Assembly: GCA_964619725.1 (NCBI GenBank)
Contig: CAZUFC010000088.1
Coordinates: 1-37,845 of the forward strand
Reading direction: 5' to 3'
From: an uncultured bacterium
GTDB lineage: Bacteria; CSSED10-310; CAZUFC01
Length of the DNA stretch: 37,845 nt
Below, piece by piece: positions 1-10,107 of this stretch (positions are counted from its first letter, which is position 1; each line of letters begins with the position of its first letter). Made by a program: the position numbers and the translations under genes. Under the pieces are notes generated by a model, which saw nothing but the letters and a program-made list of their open reading frames with translations, made no database searches and was not told the DNA's origin.

Positions 1-53
1 GTGACTGTCCAGCATTAAATTTTGAATCGAGAATCGAGTTTGTGGACAGTCAC
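1..53 (+). mobile_element. 53-bp palindromic MITE-like module A, copy 1 (window starts at its first base)
   Basis: GTGACTGTCCA (1-11) and TGGACAGTCAC (43-53) form a perfect 11-bp inverted repeat around an AT-rich core. Near-identical to 9925-9977(-), 14163-14215 and 22340-22392. Followed by TAGTAA (54-59). Confidence 0.85.
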
Positions 54-155
54 TAGTAAGCGAATCATCACTAAACTATGCCGGACAGAGGCAGTGCATC
101 GCCTGTGCGCCGCCGTTATTATGCGTAAGGCGCTTTCTTTCGGGCAATTTTAGTA

Positions 156-185
156 TTGAAAAAACGTATTATCTGGTATTATAAG
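156..185 (+). promoter_or_regulatory. Possible sigma70-type promoter for pyrBI
   Basis: TTGAAA (156-161) with TGgTATTAT (174-182) or TATAAG (180-185). Spacing is imperfect. Confidence 0.3.
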
Positions 186-232
186 ATTAACCGGCGACAA
201 TGCCGGGGATTTTCAACTTAAGGAGCCGAAGA

Positions 233-1168
233 ATGCCTCAATTTCAAGGCCGCGACATAATATCCATGAGCGATCTGAATCGTGAAGAGATTGATTACAT
301 AATCAATAAGACTTTTTCCATGAGAAAAACCTCTGGAAGAGAAAAAATAATGAAGGGTAAAGTAATGGCATCCTTGTTTTTTGAGCCCAGCACGCGCACA
401 AGGACCAGCTTCAATGCGGCTATGCGGAACTTAGGGGGTGAAGTGGAAGGTTTTGCGGATCCGAAGGTATCGAGCGCTGTGAAGGATGAATCGCTTTGGG
501 ATACGATAAAAATTTACAACGGTTACGGTTATGACGTATTCGTGATAAGGCATCCGTTGAAAGGTTCAGCGCGTTTGTCTGCTGAAGCGGCCGATGCGCC
601 GGTGATCAATGCGGGAGACGGACCGAACCAGCACCCGACTCAGACTTTGCTCGACATATTCACAATTTACGAAACCCAGGGCAAGGTAACGGACCTCACG
701 ATAGGTCTTGTCGGAGACCTGGAAAACGGCAGAACCGTTCACTCACTGACGGAGGCGCTGTTGAAATATGCACCCGTAAAATTATACTTTATTTCTTCCC
801 GTGACCTCGCCATGCCGGGATATCTAATCGACAAATGCAAAAGAACCCCGGGAATCCGGTATGAAGAGGCCGTTCGTATCGAAGAGGTAATAAGCGAATT
901 GGACGTGATTTATATGACGAGGATTCAGAAAGAACGGTTCCAGGATAGAGAAGCCCTTTATCAGAAGGTCAAAAATATTTATCGGTTGGATGCTTCCATG
1001 CTTCATAACGTCAAGGAAAATTTTAAAGTGATGCATCCTTTGCCCCGGGTGGATGAGATCAGTCCAGACGTCGATGATACTCCTCATGCTTATTATTTTC
1101 AGCAGGCAGCGAACGGACTGGCCGTAAGAGAAACTATTTTAGCGCTGGTTACAGGAGCGGCACAATGA
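233..1168 (+). CDS. pyrB: Aspartate carbamoyltransferase, catalytic subunit
   Basis: Motifs FFEPSTRTR, NAGDG-x2-HPTQ, GRTVHSL, TRIQKERF, MHPLPR. AAGGAG (220-225) favours ATG 233 over 200. Confidence 0.96.
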   Translation: MPQFQGRDIISMSDLNREEIDYIINKTFSMRKTSGREKIMKGKVMASLFFEPSTRTRTSFNAAMRNLGGEVEGFADPKVSSAVKDESLWDTIKIYNGYGYDVFVIRHPLKGSARLSAEAADAPVINAGDGPNQHPTQTLLDIFTIYETQGKVTDLTIGLVGDLENGRTVHSLTEALLKYAPVKLYFISSRDLAMPGYLIDKCKRTPGIRYEEAVRIEEVISELDVIYMTRIQKERFQDREALYQKVKNIYRLDASMLHNVKENFKVMHPLPRVDEISPDVDDTPHAYYFQQAANGLAVRETILALVTGAAQ

Positions 1169-1671
1169 ACCGAATAAAAGGCGAAACAAAAATCAGACCG
1201 ATTGAGAAGGGTATCGTGATCGATCATATCATCAGCGGGAGGGCGCTGATATTGAACGACCTGCTCGGTTTAAACAAACTGGCCCTGGGATGCAATGACA
1301 GAATAGCCATCGGTATAAATTTTTCGTCGAAACAGGGAATAAAGGATTTCATCAAAATTGAAAATTTCTGTCTTTCCGACGAGCAGTTGTCTTATGTTTC
1401 ACTGGTTTCACCGAACGCCACCATAAACGTTATTCAGGAATATGAGGTGGTGGACAAGAAAAAAGCGGAGATACCCGACACGATCGGAGATATCGTCATC
1501 TGTCCCGACAGATTCTGTATAACCAATCACGAACAGGTCTCCTGTAAATTTACCGTGACGAATAAAAATCCCGTGACGTTGAAATGCCGCTACTGCGAAG
1601 GCGAATTTTACGGAAAACTCATTCGTTTTAAGACCAGTCCGCAAGTCGGATTGTTGGACGATAAAGTATAA
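1165..1671 (+). CDS. pyrI: Aspartate carbamoyltransferase, regulatory subunit
   Basis: GIVIDHI, KDFIKIE, PNATINVI and Zn-binding CPDRFC...CRYC. ATGA overlap with the pyrB stop. Confidence 0.94.
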   Translation: MNRIKGETKIRPIEKGIVIDHIISGRALILNDLLGLNKLALGCNDRIAIGINFSSKQGIKDFIKIENFCLSDEQLSYVSLVSPNATINVIQEYEVVDKKKAEIPDTIGDIVICPDRFCITNHEQVSCKFTVTNKNPVTLKCRYCEGEFYGKLIRFKTSPQVGLLDDKV

Positions 1672-1812
1672 AATGTATTTTTTCCGGTCTTGCGAAGCGT
1701 CGTCAATACGTCTTATGGTAAGATTTGAAAAAATCAGAAAGCGTTCTCATCGATAAAAAATGTAAACTATGACGCAATAATCGTAATACCAGGAATATGT
1801 TTCTCGAAAAAA

Positions 1813-4800
1813 ATGAGGATACGCATTGAGACGGCATTAAAACCAGAGTTTCCTGATTTCAGAGGTGAAGGCATCTGCAGGAAATTGAAAAAAAAGTTGG
1901 AATGCGTCTCACTTCAAGTGCGCACTGCAGATGCCTACGTATTGAAGGGGCAATTCGACCGGAGAATAGCCGGTAAGGCGCTTTCATGCCTGAGCGATCC
2001 TGTTTCTCAAACGGCAGTGATAGACGCGCCGGCGATCAGTGATTTCGACTGGGTTATCGAACGTACTTTTCTGCCGGGCGTTACAGACAACGCGGCTCAA
2101 ACAGCAGCAGAAACTCTGAAAGATGCTCTCAGAGAATACTATCCTGAAGACCTGTCGATTTTTACTGTATTGGTAATATATATTCACGGAAAAGCGCGTA
2201 AAACATCATTGGAGGGGTCACTGGCGGGCCTGGGCAATCCGCTGGTCCACCGATTTTTTATAAGCAGCCGGAAAGAGTGGAAGCCGCATGGGATTCTTTT
2301 ACCGGAGGTAAAACTGGATACGGATGTACAAAACGAGGTTGTTTCGCTGGAGCTGTCTGACGGGGAATTGATCGAGTTAAACCGCGCCATGCATTGGTCG
2401 CTTGACGTCAGAGAGCTGCACGCGGTCCGGGACTATTTTTGTGATACGCGTACACGTGAGGCGAGACATGAAATCGGACTGGATGCGCCTGTTCGCTGTG
2501 AGATGGAAATAATAGCGCAAACCTGGTCAGAACATTGCAAACACAAAGAGTTTAATGCACTGATAGATTATCGCGATTTGGATACAGATAAACATAATAT
2601 CATAGACGGATTATACAAAACTTTTATAAAAAATGCAACGCAGGAAATATATAGCAAATTACAAAACAGGGGCTGTAACTGGCTGGTGAAAGTGTTCGAC
2701 GACAACGCCGGTATTGTGAGGTTTAACGAAAGCAAATATTTTGTGTGGAAAGTGGAAACGCACAACAGTCCTTCTGCATTGGAGCCGTACGGCGGCGCTT
2801 TGACCGGCATAGTCGGAGTGAACCGGGACCCTGCAGGAACAGGCCGCATAGGCGCAAAACTGTTGTTCAATACTGATGTGTTTTGTTTTGCATCGCCCGA
2901 TTATAAAGGAAGGCTTCTGCCGGGCATGCTGCATCCCCGGACTGTTTTTGAAGGGGTCAGGTTGGGTGTGGAGCATGGGGGGAACAAAAGCGGCATACCT
3001 ACAATTAACGGCGGAATAGTATTCGATGACCGTTACAAAGCGAAGCCGCTGGTGTATTGCGGTACGGGCGCCGTGATGCCGGCGGAAGCGGGCGGTATGG
3101 ATACGAAAGACAAGATCATACGGCCGGGAGACAAAATTGTAATGATCGGCGGAAGAGTCGGAAAAGATGGAATACATGGGGCTACGTTTTCATCTCGTGA
3201 AATTGATGAGACCAGTCCGTCAAGCGCCGTGCAGATTGGCGACCCCATTACGCAGAAGAAAATGCTTGATTTTCTGCAGGAAATCAAAGAGAAAAGATGG
3301 TTGAACGCTATTACCGATAACGGCGCTGGCGGTTTGTCGTCATCAGTAGGGGAATTGGCTGTGATAAGCGGCGGCGCGCAGGTGGAACTGGAGAAGGTCC
3401 CGCTGAAGTATCCCGGATTGCAGCCGTGGGAAATATTCGTTTCTGAGTCCCAGGAAAGAATGACGGCTGCGGTTCGTCCGGAGTACGCAGAAGAATTTAT
3501 AGAAGCGGCTGACCGGCGCGGCGTCGAAGCGACGGAGATCGGCGTTTTCACGGATACGGGGATACTTGACGTCAGGTATCATGGTGAACGGGCGGCATAT
3601 CTGCATTTGAATTTCTTGCATGAGGGAGTTCCCAGGAAGCATATGCAGGCGGAATGGAAAAGGACGGAAACGGATGAAAGCATCCCCGGAGTCGTAAATT
3701 TCAATGAAGAGCTGTTGAAGCTCCTTTCATCATACAATATTTGCAGCCGGGAACCGGTCGTGCGCCGTTACGATCATGAAGTCAAGGGAAGGACAATAAT
3801 AAAGCCTCTGTCAGGGAAGGAAAATGCCGGTCATAATGATGCGGCTGTCATGAGGCCTGGATTTGAGGATTACGAAGGGATAGCGGTTGCGAACGGAATA
3901 TGTCCGAAATACGGCGACATAGACCCCTATAATTCTGCAGCAGGGGCTGTGGATGAAGCGGTAAGGCAGATTCTGGCGGTAGGAGGCCGTTTGCCGGATA
4001 TGGATAACGGATGGGACGATATGTGGTCGCTGAATGATAATTTCTGCGTGCCCGATTGCGCTTATGATCCTGATAAGAACCCTGACGGCAAAATGAAACT
4101 GGGTAAACTCGTCAGAATGTGCATGGGACTGAAAGATGCCGTCCTGGCTTACGGCGTTCCCTGCACTTCCGGCAAAGACAGCATGAAAAACGACTTCGTT
4201 TACGGGGATGAAAAGGTTTCCGTGCCTCATACGCTGCTGATATCGGCCGCTGCAAAGGTTAGCGATGTAAGAAAATGCATAACGGCTGATTTCAAAAAAC
4301 CGGGGGACATCATTTATGTCGTGGGAGCGACGAGAAACGAGCTTGGCGGAACGGAGTTCATGAAATTGCACGGTAAAACGGGTAATAAAGCGCCGAAGGT
4401 ATTCTTCAACGAATTCAAAAGATATTATGAGCTGATGTCCCAGGCTGCGGAAAAAGAACTGATGAATTCATGCCACGATTGTTCGGACGGAGGACTGGCG
4501 GCAGCTCTGGCCGAATGCGCCATCGGCGGTAAACTGGGGTGTCGAATAATGCTTGATAAGGTTCCTTGTGAGCAAAAAGCGCGGGATAATGTGATACTGA
4601 TGTTTGCGGAATCGCATGGGCGATTTGTAGTCACTGTCGACAAGGAGAAGGATGCGGCTTTCCGGAAAACGATGGAAGGAGCGCCGTTCGGCCGGATAGG
4701 AGAAGTGACGGAAGAACCGCTATTCAGAGTCAAAGGCTTGCAGGACGAAGCAATCGTTAACGCGGAATTAGGCGTATTGGAAGAAGCCTGGAAAAAACCT

Positions 4801-4821
4801 CTCCGATGGATAGGCCTATGA
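1813..4821 (+). CDS. purL: Phosphoribosylformylglycinamidine synthase, synthetase subunit (long form with PurS-like N-terminal region)
   Basis: AQTWSEHCKHK, KVETHNSPS, GIHGATFSS, DNGAGGLSS, SESQERM, SGKDSMKN, HDCSDGG. N-terminal LPGVTDN segment. Confidence 0.95.
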   Translation: MRIRIETALKPEFPDFRGEGICRKLKKKLECVSLQVRTADAYVLKGQFDRRIAGKALSCLSDPVSQTAVIDAPAISDFDWVIERTFLPGVTDNAAQTAAETLKDALREYYPEDLSIFTVLVIYIHGKARKTSLEGSLAGLGNPLVHRFFISSRKEWKPHGILLPEVKLDTDVQNEVVSLELSDGELIELNRAMHWSLDVRELHAVRDYFCDTRTREARHEIGLDAPVRCEMEIIAQTWSEHCKHKEFNALIDYRDLDTDKHNIIDGLYKTFIKNATQEIYSKLQNRGCNWLVKVFDDNAGIVRFNESKYFVWKVETHNSPSALEPYGGALTGIVGVNRDPAGTGRIGAKLLFNTDVFCFASPDYKGRLLPGMLHPRTVFEGVRLGVEHGGNKSGIPTINGGIVFDDRYKAKPLVYCGTGAVMPAEAGGMDTKDKIIRPGDKIVMIGGRVGKDGIHGATFSSREIDETSPSSAVQIGDPITQKKMLDFLQEIKEKRWLNAITDNGAGGLSSSVGELAVISGGAQVELEKVPLKYPGLQPWEIFVSESQERMTAAVRPEYAEEFIEAADRRGVEATEIGVFTDTGILDVRYHGERAAYLHLNFLHEGVPRKHMQAEWKRTETDESIPGVVNFNEELLKLLSSYNICSREPVVRRYDHEVKGRTIIKPLSGKENAGHNDAAVMRPGFEDYEGIAVANGICPKYGDIDPYNSAAGAVDEAVRQILAVGGRLPDMDNGWDDMWSLNDNFCVPDCAYDPDKNPDGKMKLGKLVRMCMGLKDAVLAYGVPCTSGKDSMKNDFVYGDEKVSVPHTLLISAAAKVSDVRKCITADFKKPGDIIYVVGATRNELGGTEFMKLHGKTGNKAPKVFFNEFKRYYELMSQAAEKELMNSCHDCSDGGLAAALAECAIGGKLGCRIMLDKVPCEQKARDNVILMFAESHGRFVVTVDKEKDAAFRKTMEGAPFGRIGEVTEEPLFRVKGLQDEAIVNAELGVLEEAWKKPLRWIGL

Positions 4822-5633
4822 ACAGGATAAAAGCGCTGGTACTGACGGGATACGGCATCAACTGCGATTGTGAAACGGCTGAAGCCTTTCGCCTGGCGGA
4901 TGCAGAGCCTGCCGTCATTCACATCAACGACGTGATGAATAGACATTTTTCCATTCACGACTACCAGGTTATAGCCTTCCCCGGCGGTTTTTCTTACGGC
5001 GACGACCTGGGCAGCGGCCTGGCCATGGCCAACAAAATCAGACACGGGCGAACAGAAAAGGGTTCTCTCGTCGAAGAAATAATACAATTCGTCTATGACG
5101 GCAAAATAGTCATAGGAATATGCAACGGCTTTCAGGTCCTGGTGAAAAGCGGACTTCTCCCGAATCCGAAAAATCGCCTTCACCCTTCCGCGTCGCTCAT
5201 TGCCAACGACTCAAACGCGTTTGAATCAAGATGGGTCGATTTAGACGTACCTCAAAACATTTGTCCCGCCATGAAAGGAATTGATTCCATCTCACTTCCG
5301 GTACGGCACGGAGAGGGCAAATTCGTCGTAAAATCGGAAGCAATAATGGATGCTTTAAAAGACAGGGCTCAGATCATAGCACAGTATGCGGACGAAAGCG
5401 GACCCACAATGGAATACCCCGGGAATCCGAACGGCTCACAGGATGCCGTTGCCGGCATTTGCGACGACACTGGTCGAATAATAGGCTTGATGCCTCACCC
5501 CGAAGCGTTTCTCAGTTTTTATAATCATCCCCATTGGACAAGGCTCAAAGCTCTGCAGAAGATAAGCAGCGAGGAGGGCGACGGGCTGAAAATATTCAGG
5601 AATATAGTAAGATGGTTAGAAGATAACGGATAA
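4818..5633 (+). CDS. purQ: FGAM synthase glutaminase subunit
   Basis: GYGINC, PGGFSYGD, GICNGFQ (catalytic Cys), HGEGKF, NPNGS, GLMPHPE. ATGA overlap with the purL stop gives start 4818. Confidence 0.95.
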   Translation: MNRIKALVLTGYGINCDCETAEAFRLADAEPAVIHINDVMNRHFSIHDYQVIAFPGGFSYGDDLGSGLAMANKIRHGRTEKGSLVEEIIQFVYDGKIVIGICNGFQVLVKSGLLPNPKNRLHPSASLIANDSNAFESRWVDLDVPQNICPAMKGIDSISLPVRHGEGKFVVKSEAIMDALKDRAQIIAQYADESGPTMEYPGNPNGSQDAVAGICDDTGRIIGLMPHPEAFLSFYNHPHWTRLKALQKISSEEGDGLKIFRNIVRWLEDNG

Positions 5634-5646
5634 AGGATGCATTCGG

Positions 5647-5665
5647 TCGCCGGCAACTTTGCACC
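5647..5665. repeat. Half-copy of the inverted-repeat element at 37680-37752
   Basis: TCGCCGGCAACTTTGCACC equals the reverse complement of GGTGAAAGTTGCCGGCGA (37680-37697) apart from one inserted base. Confidence 0.5.
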
Positions 5666-5752
5666 TTAATATGCAAGGAAGTTGTAAAAATGGTGGACTG
5701 ATCAGCGCCCAGGTCCGCTTTGACAAGACCCGAAAAAAATTGTCTGTAATGA

Positions 5753-7393
<1,641 letters not shown>

Positions 7394-7545
7394 GATCCTC
7401 CTCTTAATTCTTTTGAGGGTTTTTCATCAATTAAAACCCATTTTACTGCCGGAAATTCGCCGAGTCAAAAAAGTCAGCATTGAAATATGGGACACTTTTT
7501 TTATATTGTAATGAGAATGGAAATCAGGGATGGAGGTTGTATTTT

Positions 7546-8004
7546 ATGAAGATTGAGGAAAAGATAAGAGAAATGGGATTGGAATTGCCTGCGGCCTCGA
7601 AACCGGCAGCGAATTATGTTTCTTCAGTGCGTTGCAGTGAATTTGTTTTTCTGGCAGGTCATCTGCCCTTTGATGAACAGGGAACCCTGATCGTCGGCCG
7701 CCTGGGCGATGATATGAATGTTGAGGAAGGGTATGAGGCGTCACGACGATGTATGCTGTATCTTTTGAGTTCTTTAAAAGAGGAGATCGGCGATCTTGAT
7801 CGCGTTAATAAAATCGCCAAGGTACAGGGAATGGTAAATTGCACGTCTGAGTTCAAGAAACAACCTGCGGTCATCAACGGAGCTTCGGACCTGCTGATAG
7901 AAATTTTCGGGGAAAAAGGGAGACATACGAGAACGGCGATCGGCGTCAATTCACTGCCGAAAGGCGCTCCGGTTGAAATCGATATGATCGTTCAGATCGC
8001 CTGA
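7546..8004 (+). CDS. RidA/YjgF/YER057c/UK114 family protein
   Basis: PAANYV, FLAGHLP, QPAVINGASDL, GRHTRTAIGVNSLP, PVEID. GGAGG RBS supports ATG 7546. Confidence 0.9.
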   Translation: MKIEEKIREMGLELPAASKPAANYVSSVRCSEFVFLAGHLPFDEQGTLIVGRLGDDMNVEEGYEASRRCMLYLLSSLKEEIGDLDRVNKIAKVQGMVNCTSEFKKQPAVINGASDLLIEIFGEKGRHTRTAIGVNSLPKGAPVEIDMIVQIA

Positions 8005-8061
8005 AATCTGCTTCCGGCAGGATTTCGTTCAATAGTCCTGTTGTATTTAAAGCCATTGATG

Positions 8062-8184
8062 GGCGATGATCAAAAATGTGGGTGAAACTGAGTTTCCTGA
8101 AGGGGTTATTCAACAAAACCGAATTTTCTTAAAAAGGAAATACCCAGTGTATGACAAGCCCTCTTTTCGTTTAATCAGTCCCCG
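8062..8184. repeat. Degenerate copy of inverted-repeat family D
   Basis: Left end GGCGATGATCAAAAAT and right end GTTTAATCAGTCCCCG. Ends and length (~120 bp) match 21743-21880 and 26635-26753, but the interior has diverged. Confidence 0.45.
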
Positions 8185-8208
8185 TTATATCATCCGTAAT
8201 ACATCAAC

Positions 8209-8254
8209 AAAAACGCCGAAAATTTATTCTAAATGAAAAATTTCCGGCGTTTTT
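8209..8254. terminator. Probable rho-independent terminator between convergent ridA and pepD
   Basis: AAAAACGCCGAAAATTT ... AAATTTCCGGCGTTTTT hairpin with A/T tracts on both sides, 20 bp from the pepD stop. Confidence 0.7.
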
Positions 8255-8273
8255 CGTTTATTCGTTTCTTTTT

Positions 8274-9725
8274 TTATGCCAGGTCTTTCAGTATTTCTAC
8301 AAGCAAATCCCAGGATTTCTTTACGGATTCTATGTCGGCTTCTTCATCAACAGAATGAGCGTTGTGGATTTCCGGTCCGATAGAAAGCATATCTATGCCG
8401 GGGAAGGTGTTGCTCATGATGCCGCATTCCAGACCTGCGTGGATGGCCAGGACTTCCGGGTATTCTCCGTACAGTTTTTTATAAGATTCTTTGGAGACTT
8501 TCAGCAATTCCGAGTCCATATTCGGCTTCCATCCGGGATACCCTCTGGGTTCTTCAACCTTGGCTCCTACAAATCCAGCGATTGTTCTTATCTGTTCTTT
8601 CAGCTTATCGATGGCGGAATTGACCGCGGACCTGGTTAATAATACGACCTTAACCCCTTCATCGACCATTTCAATAACGCCGATATTCGTTGAAGTCTCA
8701 ACCAGGCCGTCGACTTCAGGACTCATCGCCTGCACCCCATGCGGAAGAGCGACCAGCATTCTGATCAGGTCAGCGCTTTTTTGTTTGTTGAAAGCGGATG
8801 CCTGTTTGTCGCTTTTATCAATTTTTATATTTAATTTAGGGTCGGTTTTTTCGAATTCGTTTTTTATGATGCCGGCTCTTTGTTGAACGGCTGATCTGAC
8901 TTTTTCTTGAGCATCAGCCGGAACAGAAAAGAGACATTTAGAATTGGCCGCTATCGAGTTTCTTTTTTCGCCGCCGGTTATTTCGGATATCACGGGTTCT
9001 GCTGCATCCAGAACAGAGTTCATGACGCGGGCCAGTATCTTGTTTGCGCTGCCGCGACCCAGGTTGATGTCTGCGCCCGAATGTCCGCCTTTGAGACCGT
9101 CGACTGCGACTGTAAATGAAACATAATCCGCCGGAACATTTTCTTTCTGTGCAGGTAAAACGATGACGGAATCGCCGCCTCCCGCACAGGAAATATAAAA
9201 TGCGCCCCATTCTTCCGTATCCAGATTGATGAGTCGGCTGCCTTTCAGAAAATCTTCTTTTAATCCGTGAGCGCCCGTCATGCCGGCTTCTTCATCGATG
9301 GTGAACAAAAATTCCATCGGTCCGTGAGTTAAATCTTTCGATTCCATGACGGCCAGCATCATGGCTACTCCGATGCCGTTGTCCGCTCCTAAAGTGGTTC
9401 CTTTCGTGCGCAAATAATTGCCCTCGATTTTCAGGGGTATCGGGTCTTTCATGAAATCATGATCACTGTCCGGAGCTTTGACTCCCACCATATCCAGATG
9501 ACTCTGCAAAACGACACCCGGAACATTTTCATGTCCCGAAGTAGCCGGTTTTCTGACCAGAACATTGCCCACCTCATCCTGTTTCGTTTCCAGACCAAAT
9601 TTGCCGGCAAAGTTTTTTACGAATTCCACCACCTTCTCCTCATGCTTCGAGGTCCTGGGGATTTTCGTCAGCGTTTCGAAATGATTCCATACTATTTCCG
9701 GTTTGAGTTCGCTTAATACGCCCAT
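8274..9725 (-). CDS. pepD: Aminoacyl-histidine dipeptidase (peptidase M20C)
   Basis: QSHLDMV, LGADNGIG, DEEAGMTGA, NLDTEE, GGHSG, HAGLECG, NAHS. Confidence 0.93.
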   Translation of the reverse strand: MGVLSELKPEIVWNHFETLTKIPRTSKHEEKVVEFVKNFAGKFGLETKQDEVGNVLVRKPATSGHENVPGVVLQSHLDMVGVKAPDSDHDFMKDPIPLKIEGNYLRTKGTTLGADNGIGVAMMLAVMESKDLTHGPMEFLFTIDEEAGMTGAHGLKEDFLKGSRLINLDTEEWGAFYISCAGGGDSVIVLPAQKENVPADYVSFTVAVDGLKGGHSGADINLGRGSANKILARVMNSVLDAAEPVISEITGGEKRNSIAANSKCLFSVPADAQEKVRSAVQQRAGIIKNEFEKTDPKLNIKIDKSDKQASAFNKQKSADLIRMLVALPHGVQAMSPEVDGLVETSTNIGVIEMVDEGVKVVLLTRSAVNSAIDKLKEQIRTIAGFVGAKVEEPRGYPGWKPNMDSELLKVSKESYKKLYGEYPEVLAIHAGLECGIMSNTFPGIDMLSIGPEIHNAHSVDEEADIESVKKSWDLLVEILKDLA

Positions 9726-9924
9726 TTTTCATCTCCTTTATGCGTCACCGTCAAATGCCTTTTCAGACTATTATGACGAGAGTTCCGTTAAAGTCTATAC
9801 CAAAAAAGTCGGGGAATCCTTCAACAGGGATTCGTTTGTCCTTCGCCCGCCTTGCCTGGAGAGCTCGGCCGCGAAAAACGACAAAACCATAGCACAAGAA
9901 AACTGTTACTACAATAGCAGGTTA

Positions 9925-9997
9925 GTGTCTGTCCACAAACTCGAATCTCGATTCAAAATTTAATGCTGGACAGCCACTTGGGTTTATGGACAAAAAC
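9925..9997 (-). mobile_element. Internally deleted B+A composite MITE-like element (73 bp) with 6-bp direct repeat
   Basis: Module A at 9925-9977 (reverse), then the CCAA linker, then only the outer end of module B (GTTTTTGTCCATAAAC on the minus strand). AGGTTA at both 9919-9924 and 9998-10003. Confidence 0.8.
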
Positions 9998-10010
9998 AGG
10001 TTAGTAAGGA

Positions 10011-10082
10011 ACGGATAAGGTGAAGTTTGGGTAAGCGGAAGAATGGATGAGCGGAAGATTGAGTAAGTGAAGGAGCGGATGT
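10011..10082 (+). repeat. Degenerate 8-bp-period purine-rich tandem array (9 units)
   Basis: acggataa ggtgaagt ttgggtaa gcggaaga atggatga gcggaaga ttgagtaa gtgaagga gcggatgt. Confidence 0.55.
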
Positions 10083-10107
10083 ATGCTTTTTGCCTGGCGG
10101 ACAAGCG

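Noticed and set aside
8003-8026. Terminator directly after the RidA-family gene
   Set aside because: Bulged stem with no U-tract; too weak to call.
9703-10104. Short ORFs 9703-9963(+) and 9922-10104(-)
   Set aside because: They run through the MITE and the octamer array, with no RBS or protein-like motif.
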